Part shown: one piece after another, positions 56,101 through 64,000 of the stretch
Numbering within the stretch: the first letter of the stretch is position 1
How the letters are laid out: every line of letters starts with the position of its first letter
NCBI GenBank assembly: GCA_964057225.1
Contig: OZ059899.1
Span: forward strand, 19,964,001 to 20,028,000
Direction of reading: 5' to 3'
DNA: 64,000 nucleotides
Origin: Auanema rhodensis
Lineage: Eukaryota; Animalia; Nematoda
The notes under the pieces: generated by a model
The model's database searches: none
What the model was told of the DNA's origin: nothing
Seen by the model: the letters and a program-made list of their open reading frames with translations, nothing else
Translations under genes and position numbers: made by a program

Positions 56101-58318
56101 TTCAAGGCAAAGACGATGGACATTGTTATTCAACGAAAAAATTGATTCTGCAGGGTGAAAATCGAGGATATAAGTGTGAACTTATATCAGTTGATATCTC
56201 GGTGCATTTTTAAGCTAGCGCAAATCTGATAACACAGATCGACGCAGCTTAAAAATCCGCATCGAATGCACTATACTACATTGAGAAACGCTTGATACAA
56301 AAATTAGTTATGATCGTTTGAAAAAAGATGCATTAGTGTATGTTGAGTTTCCATGTACACTCAACATTGCTTCCAAAAACATTTTGACAAAAATTTTTCC
56401 AAAAAATTTCAAAATAATTTCGCAAAAAGTAAATGTTTTTAGATTCCTTTCTCCAAGGCAAAGACGATGGACAAAGTTATTCAACGAAAAAATTAATTCT
56501 GCAGGGTGAAAATCGAGGATATAAGTGTGAACTTATATCAGTTGATATCTCGGTGCATTTTTAAGCTAGCGCAAATCTGATAACACAGATCGACGCAGCT
56601 TAAAAATCCGCATCGAATGCACTATACAACATTGAGAAACGCTTAACACAAAAATTAGTTATGATCGTTTGAAAAATGATGCATTAGTGTATGTTGAGTT
56701 TCCATGTACACTCAACATTGCTTCCAAAAACATTTTTACAAAAATTTTTCCGAAAAATTTCGAAATAATTTCGCAAAAAGTAGATGTTTTTAGATTCCTT
56801 TTTTCAAGGCAAAGACGATGGACATTGTTATTCAACGAAAAAATTGATTCTGCAGGGTGAAAATCGAGGATATAAGTGTGAACTTATATCAGTTGATATC
56901 TCGGTGCATTTTTAAGCTAGCGCAAATCTGATAACACAGATCGACGCAGCTTAAAAATCCGCATCGAATGCACTATACATCATTGAGAAACGCTTAACAC
57001 AAAAATTAGTTATGATTGTTTGAAAAATGATGCATTAGTGTATGTTGAGTTTCCATGTACACTCAACATTGCTTCCAAAAACATTTTTACAAAAATTTTT
57101 CCGGAAAATTTCGAAATAATTTCGCAAAAAGTAGATGTTTTCAGATTCCTTTTTTCAAGGCAAAAACGATGGACAATGTTATTCAACGAAAAAATTAATT
57201 CTGCAGGGTGAAAATCGAGGATATAAGTGTGAATTTATATCAGTTGATATCTCGGTGCATTTTTAAGCTAGCGCAAATCTGATAACACAGATCGACGCAG
57301 CTTAAAAATCCGCATCGAATGCACTATACTACATTGAAAAACGCTTAATACAAAAATTAGTTATGATCGTTTGAAAAAAGATGCATTAGTGTATGTTGAG
57401 TTTCCATGTACACTCAACATTGCTTCCAAAAACATTTTGACAAAAATTTTTCCAAAAAATTTCAAAATAATTTCGCAAAAAGTAGATGTTTTTAGATTCC
57501 TTTTTTCAAGGCAAAGACGATGGACATTGTTATTCAACGAAAAAATTGATTCTGCAGGGTGAAAATCGAGGATATAAGTGTGAACTTATATCAGTTGATA
57601 TCTCGGTGCATTTTTAAGCTAGCGCAAATCTAATAACACGGCTCGACGCAGCTTAAAAATCCGCATCGAATGCACTATACAACATTGAGAAACGCTTAAC
57701 ACAAAAATTAGTTATGATCGTTTGAAAAATGATGCATTAGTGTATGTTGAGTTTCCATGTACACTCAACATTGCTTCCAAAAACATTTTGACAAAAATTT
57801 TTCCGTTTCGAAATAATTTCGCAAAAAGTAGATGTTTTCAGATTCCTTTTTTCAAGGCGAAGACGATGGACATTGTTATTCAACGAAAAAATTGATTCTG
57901 CAGGGTGAAAATCGAGGATATAAGTGTGAACTTATATCAGTTGATATCTCGGTGCATTTTTAAGCTAACGCAAATCTAATAACACAGATCGACGCAGCTT
58001 AAAAATCCGCATCGAATGCACTATACAACATTGAGAAACGCTTAATACAAAAATTAGTTATAATCGTTTGAATAATGATGCATTAGTGTATGTTGAGTTT
58101 CCATGTACACTCAACATTGCTTCCAAAAACATTTTGACAAAAATTTTTCCGAAAAATTTCGAAATAATTTCGCAAAAAGTAGATGTTTTCAGATTCCTTT
58201 TTTCAAGGCAAAGACGATGGACATTGTTATTCAACGAAAAAATTGATTCTGCAGGGTGAAAATCGAGGATATAAGTGTGAACTTATATCAGTTGATATCT
58301 CGGTGCATTTTTAAGCTA
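53170..58318. repeat. 7-monomer tandem duplication (period 2452 = 7x351-5) carrying a 5-bp deletion
   Basis: CCG^TTTCG deletion at 55353/57805; the ACACGGCTC, AGGCGAAG, TTGAATAAT and TACATCATT variants all repeat at +2452. Confidence 0.94.
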
Positions 58319-60739
58319 GCGCAAATCTGATAACACAGATCGACGCAGCTTAAAAATCCGCATCGAATGCACTATACTACATTGAGAAACGCTTGATACA
58401 AAAATTAGTTATGATCGTTTGAAAAAAGATGCATTAGTGTATGTTGAGTTTCCATGTACACTCAACATTGCTTCCAAAAACATTTTGACAAAAATTTTTC
58501 CAAAAAATTTCAAAATAATTTCGCAAAAAGTAAATGTTTTTAGATTCCTTTCTCCAAGGCAAAGACGATGGACAAAGTTATTCAACGAAAAAATTAATTC
58601 TGCAGGGTGAAAATCGAGGATATAAGTGTGAACTTATATCAGTTGATATCTCGGTGCATTTTTAAGCTAGCGCAAATCTGATAACACAGATCGACGCAGC
58701 TTAAAAATCCGCATCGAATGCACTATACAACATTGAGAAACGCTTAACACAAAAATTAGTTATGATTGTTTGAAAAATGATGCATTAGTGTATGTTGAGT
58801 TTCCATGTACACTCAACATTGCTTCCAAAAACATTTTTACAAAAATTTTTCCGGAAAATTTCGAAATAATTTCGCAAAAAGTAGATGTTTTCAGATTCCT
58901 TTTTTCAAGGCAAAGACGATGGACATTGTTATTCAACGAAAAAATTGATTCTGCAGGGTGAAAATCGAGGATATAAGTGTGAACTTATATCAGTTGATAT
59001 CTCGGTGCATTTTTAAGCTAGCGCAAATCTAATAACACAGATCGACGCAGCTTAAAAATCCGCATCGAATGCACTATACAACATTGAGAAACGCTTAACA
59101 CAAAAATTAGTTATGATCGTTTGAAAAATGATGCATTAGTGTATGTTGAGTTTCCATGTACACTCAACATTGCTTCCAAAAACATTTTGACAAAAATTTT
59201 TCCGAAAAATTTCGAAATAATTTCGCAAAAAGTAGATGTTTTCAGATTCCTTTTTTCAAGGCAAAGACGATGGACATTGTTATTCAACGAAAAAATTGAT
59301 TCTGCAGGGTGAAAATCGAGGATATAAGTGTGAACTTATATCAGTTGATATCTCGGTGCATTTTTAAGCTAACGCAAATCTAATAACACAGATCGACGCA
59401 GCTTAAAAATCCGCATCGAATGCACTATACAACATTGAGAAACGCTTAATACAAAAATTAGTTATAATCGTTTGAAAAATGATGCATTAGTGTATGTTGA
59501 GTTTCCATGTACACTCAACATTGCTTTCAAAAACATTTTGACAAAAATTTTTCCGAAAAATTTCGAAATAATTTCGCAAAAAGTAGATGTTTTCAGATTC
59601 CTTTTTTCAAGGCAAAGACGATGGACATTGTTATTCAACGAAAAAATTGATTCTGCAGGGTGAAAATCGAGGATATAAGTGTGAACTTATATCAGTTGAT
59701 ATCTCGGTGCATTTTTAAGCTAGCGCAAATCTGATAACACAGATCGACGCAGCTTAAAAATCCGCATCGAATGCACTATACTACATTGAGAAACGCTTGA
59801 TACAAAAATTAGTTATGATCGTTTGAAAAAAGATGCATTAGTGTATGTTGAGTTTCCATGTACACTCAACATTGCTTCCAAAAACATTTTGACAAAAATT
59901 TTTCCAAAAAATTTCAAAATAATTTCGCAAAAAGTAAATGTTTTTAGATTCCTTTCTCCAAGGCAAAGACGATGGACAAAGTTATTCAACGAAAAAATTA
60001 ATTCTGCAGGGTGAAAATCGAGGATATAAGTGTGAACTTATATCAGTTGATATCTCGGTGCATTTTTAAGCTAGCGCAAATCTGATAACACAGATCGACG
60101 CAGCTTAAAAATCCGCATCGAATGCACTATACAACATTGAGAAACGCTTAACACAAAAATTAGTTATGATCGTTTGAAAAATGATGCATTAGTGTATGTT
60201 GAGTTTCCATGTACACTCAACATTGCTTCCAAAAACATTTTTACAAAAATTTTTCCGAAAAATTTCGAAATAATTTCGCAAAAAGTAGATGTTTTTAGAT
60301 TCCTTTTTTCAAGGCAAAGACGATGGACATTGTTATTCAACGAAAAAATTGATTCTGCAGGGTGAAAATCGAGGATATAAGTGTGAACTTATATCAGTTG
60401 ATATCTCGGTGCATTTTTAAGCTAGCGCAAATCTGATAACACAGCTCGACGCAGCTTAAAAATCCGCATCGAATGCACTATACTACATTGAAAAACGCTT
60501 AATACAAAAATTAGTTATGATCGTTTGAAAAAAGATGCATTAGTGTATGTTGAGTTTCCATGTACACTCAACATTGCTTCCAAAAACATTTTTACAAAAA
60601 TTTTTCCGAAAAATTTCGAAATAATTTCACAAAAAGTAGATGTTTTTAGATTTCTTTTTTCAAGGCGAAGACGATGGACAATGTTATTCAACGAAAAAAT
60701 TAATTCTGCAGGGTGAAAATCGAGGATATAAGTGTGAAT

Positions 60740-63603
60740 TTATATCAGTTGATATCTCGGTGCATTTTTAAGCTAGCGCAAATCTGATAACACAGCTCGA
60801 CGCAGCTTAAAAATCCGCATCGAATGCACTATACTACATTGAGAAACGCTTGATACAAAAATTAGTTATGATCGTTTGAAAAAAGATGCATTAGTGTATG
60901 TTGAGTTTCCATGTACACTCAACATTGCTTCCAAAAACATTTTTACAAAAATTTTTCCGAAAAATTTCGAAATAATTTCGCAAAAAGTAGATGTTTTTAG
61001 ATTCCTTTTTTCAAGGCAAAGACGATGGACATTGTTATTCAACGAAAAAATTGATTCTGCAGGGTGAAAATCGAGGATATAAGTGTGAACTTATATCAGT
61101 TGATATCTCGGTGCATTTTTAAGCTAGCGCAAATCTGATAACACAGCTCGACGCAGCTTAAAAATCCGCATCGAATGCACTATACTACATTGAAAAACGC
61201 TTAATACAAAAATTAGTTATGATCGTTTGAAAAATGATGCATTAGTGTATGTTGAGTTTCCATGTACACTCAACATTGCTTCCAAAAACATTTTCACAAA
61301 AATTTTTCCGAAAAATTTCAAAATAATTTCGCAAAAAGTAGATGTTTTTAGATTCCTTTTTTTAAGGCAAAAACGATGGACAATGTTATTCAACGAAAAA
61401 ATTAATTCTGCAGGGTGAAAATCGAGGATATAAGTGTGAATTTATATCAGTTGATATCTCGGTGCATTTTTAAGCTAGCGCAAATCTGATAACACAGATC
61501 GACGCAGCTTAAAACTCCGCATCGAATGCACTATACTACATTGAGAAACGCTTGATACAAAAATTAGTTATGATCGTTTGAAAAAAGATGCATTAGTGTA
61601 TGTTGAGTTTCCATGTACACTCAACATTGCTTCCAAAAACATTTTGACAAAAATTTTTCCAAAAAATTTCAAAATAATTTCGCAAAAAGTAAATGTTTTT
61701 AGATTCCTTCCTCCAAGGCAAAGACGATGGACAATGTTATTCAACGAAAAAATTAATTCTGCAGGGTGAAAATCGAGGATATAAGTGTGAACTTATATCA
61801 GTTGATATCTCGGTGCATTTTTAAGCTAGCGCAAATCTAATAACACAGATCGACGCAGCTTAAAAATCCGCATCGAATGCACTATACAACATTGAGAAAC
61901 GCTTAACACAAAAATTAGTTATGATCGTTTGAAAAATGATGCATTAGTGTATGTTGAGTTTCCATGTACACTCAACATTGCTTCCAAAAACATTTTGACA
62001 AAAATTTTTCCGAAAAATTTCGAAATAATTTCGCAAAAAGTAGATGTTTTCAGATTCCTTTTTTCAAGGCAAAGACGATGGACATTGTTATTCAACGAAA
62101 AAATTGATTCTGCAGGGTGAAAATCGAGGATATAAGTGTGAACTTATATCAGTTGATATCTCGGTGCATTTTTAAGCTAGCGCAAATCTGATAACACAGC
62201 TCGACGCAGCTTAAAAATCCGCATCGAATGCACTATACTACATTGAGAAACGCTTGATACAAAAATTAGTTATGATCGTTTGAAAAAAGATGCATTAGTG
62301 TATGTTGAGTTTCCATGTACACTCAACATTGCTTCCAAAAACATTTTTACAAAAATTTTTCCGAAAAATTTCGAAATAATTTCGCAAAAAGTAGATGTTT
62401 TTAGATTCCTTTTTTCAAGGCAAAGACGATGGACATTGTTATTCAACGAAAAAATTGATTCTGCAGGGTGAAAATCGAGGATATAAGTGTGAACTTATAT
62501 CAGTTGATATCTCGGTGCATTTTTAAGCTAGCGCAAATCTGATAACACAGCTCGACGCAGCTTAAAAATCCGCATCGAATGCACTATACTACATTGAAAA
62601 ACGCTTAATACAAAAATTAGTTATGATCGTTTGAAAAATGATGCATTAGTGTATGTTGAGTTTCCATGTACACTCAACATTGCTTCCAAAAACATTTTCA
62701 CAAAAATTTTTCCGAAAAATTTCAAAATAATTTCGCAAAAAGTAGATGTTTTTAGATTCCTTTTTTTAAGGCAAAAACGATGGACAATGTTATTCAACGA
62801 AAAAATTAATTCTGCAGGGTGAAAATCGAGGATATAAGTGTGAATTTATATCAGTTGATATCTCGGTGCATTTTTAAGCTAGCGCAAATCTGATAACACA
62901 GATCGACGCAGCTTAAAACTCCGCATCGAATGCACTATACTACATTGAGAAACGCTTGATACAAAAATTAGTTATGATCGTTTGAAAAAAGATGCATTAG
63001 TGTATGTTGAGTTTCCATGTACACTCAACATTGCTTCCAAAAACATTTTGACAAAAATTTTTCCAAAAAATTTCAAAATAATTTCGCAAAAAGTAAATGT
63101 TTTTAGATTCCTTCCTCCAAGGCAAAGACGATGGACAATGTTATTCAACGAAAAAATTAATTCTGCAGGGTGAAAATCGAGGATATAAGTGTGAACTTAT
63201 ATCAGTTGATATCTCGGTGCATTTTTAAGCTAGCGCAAATCTAATAACACAGATCGACGCAGCTTAAAAATCCGCATCGAATGCACTATACAACATTGAG
63301 AAACGCTTAACACAAAAATTAGTTATGATCGTTTGAAAAATGATGCATTAGTGTATGTTGAGTTTCCATGTACACTCAACATTGCTTCCAAAAACATTTT
63401 GACAAAAATTTTTCCGAAAAATTTCGAAATAATTTCGCAAAAAGTAGATGTTTTCAGATTCCTTTTTTCAAGGCAAAGACGATGGACATTGTTATTCAAC
63501 GAAAAAATTGATTCTGCAGGGTGAAAATCGAGGATATAAGTGTGAACTTATATCAGTTGATATCTCGGTGCATTTTTAAGCTAGCGCAAATCTGATAACA
63601 CAG
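60740..63603. repeat. 4-monomer tandem duplication (period 1404 bp)
   Basis: Private markers repeat at +1404: TTTTCAC 61295/62699, AAAACTCC 61515/62919, CCTTCCTCC 61710/63114. Confidence 0.93.
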
Positions 63604-64000
63604 ATCGACGCAGCTTAAAAATCCGCATCGAATGCACTATACTACATTGAGAAACGCTTGATACAAAAATTAGTTATGATCGTTTGAAAAAAGATGCATT
63701 AGTGTATGTTGAGTTTCCATGTACACTCAACATTGCTTCCAAAAACATTTTTACAGAAATTTTTCCGAAAAATTTCAAAATAATTTCGCAAAAAGTAGAT
63801 GTTTTTAGATTCCTTTTTTTAAGGCAAAAACGATGGACAATGTTATTCAACGAAAAAATTAATTCTGCAGGGTGAAAATCGAGGATATAAGTGTGAATTT
63901 ATATCAGTTGATATCTCGGTGCATTTTTAAGCTAGCGCAAATCTGATAACACAGATCGACGCAGCTTAAAAATCCGCATCGAATGCACTATACTACATTG

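Larger units (their letters stand above)
1..64000. repeat. Tandem satellite DNA array, 351-bp monomer, ~182 head-to-tail copies, AT-rich; extends beyond both window ends
   Basis: The same sequence recurs every 351 bp (AGGGTGAAAATCGAGG at 1, 352, 703...). ORF-track starts step by 351 throughout. 167+181x351-14=63684 matches the last ORF start, so the net indel total is only 14 bp. Monomers differ by a few SNPs. Confidence 0.99.

Noticed and set aside
167-63875. Array of ~175 near-identical 63-aa ORFs as a multicopy small-protein gene family
   Set aside because: They start at TTG rather than ATG. The K/F/I/N-rich composition reflects A/T tracts and shows no recognisable domain. Most variants are non-synonymous. 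Seven copies are broken by a stop (6996, 11908), frameshift or start loss (~36669), and the broken copies were duplicated like the others. Ribo-seq or proteomics would be needed to revive this idea.
1-64000. CRISPR array or integron-like cassette array
   Set aside because: There are no unique spacers or cassettes; the entire 351 bp is repeated, and no cas, integrase or reverse transcriptase gene is present.
1-64000. Assembly artefact or rolling-circle concatemer of a single unit
   Set aside because: Structured linked haplotypes, region-specific alleles and nested HORs are not expected from sequencing error, although individual exact duplications should be confirmed with reads.

Overview
The whole 64 kb window is one uninterrupted, head-to-tail satellite DNA array. 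The monomer is 351 bp and AT-rich (about 32.5% GC by hand count of monomer 1). About 182 monomers are present, all in the same orientation, and both array ends lie outside the window. I found no genes, RNA genes, transposon insertions or unique sequence. The repeated 63-aa ORF is almost certainly a by-product of the repeat unit. The interest lies at two scales. (1) Within the monomer there is a dense set of nested and overlapping inverted repeats, including a symmetric ~118 bp module ATAWCT-N10-TTAAGC...GCTTAA-N10-AGTTAT around a long bulged hairpin. (2) Across the array, a few monomer haplotypes recur in a preferred order, overlaid by a mosaic of local higher-order repeats (HORs; 9-, 14/17-, 10-, 7-, 3- and 4-mers) traceable with private SNPs and indels. 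Monomer length is tightly conserved, with only three distinct indel events, each present twice through duplication. CpG is not depleted, which suggests an invertebrate-like eukaryotic (peri)centromeric or heterochromatic satellite; this taxonomic and functional assignment is inference only.
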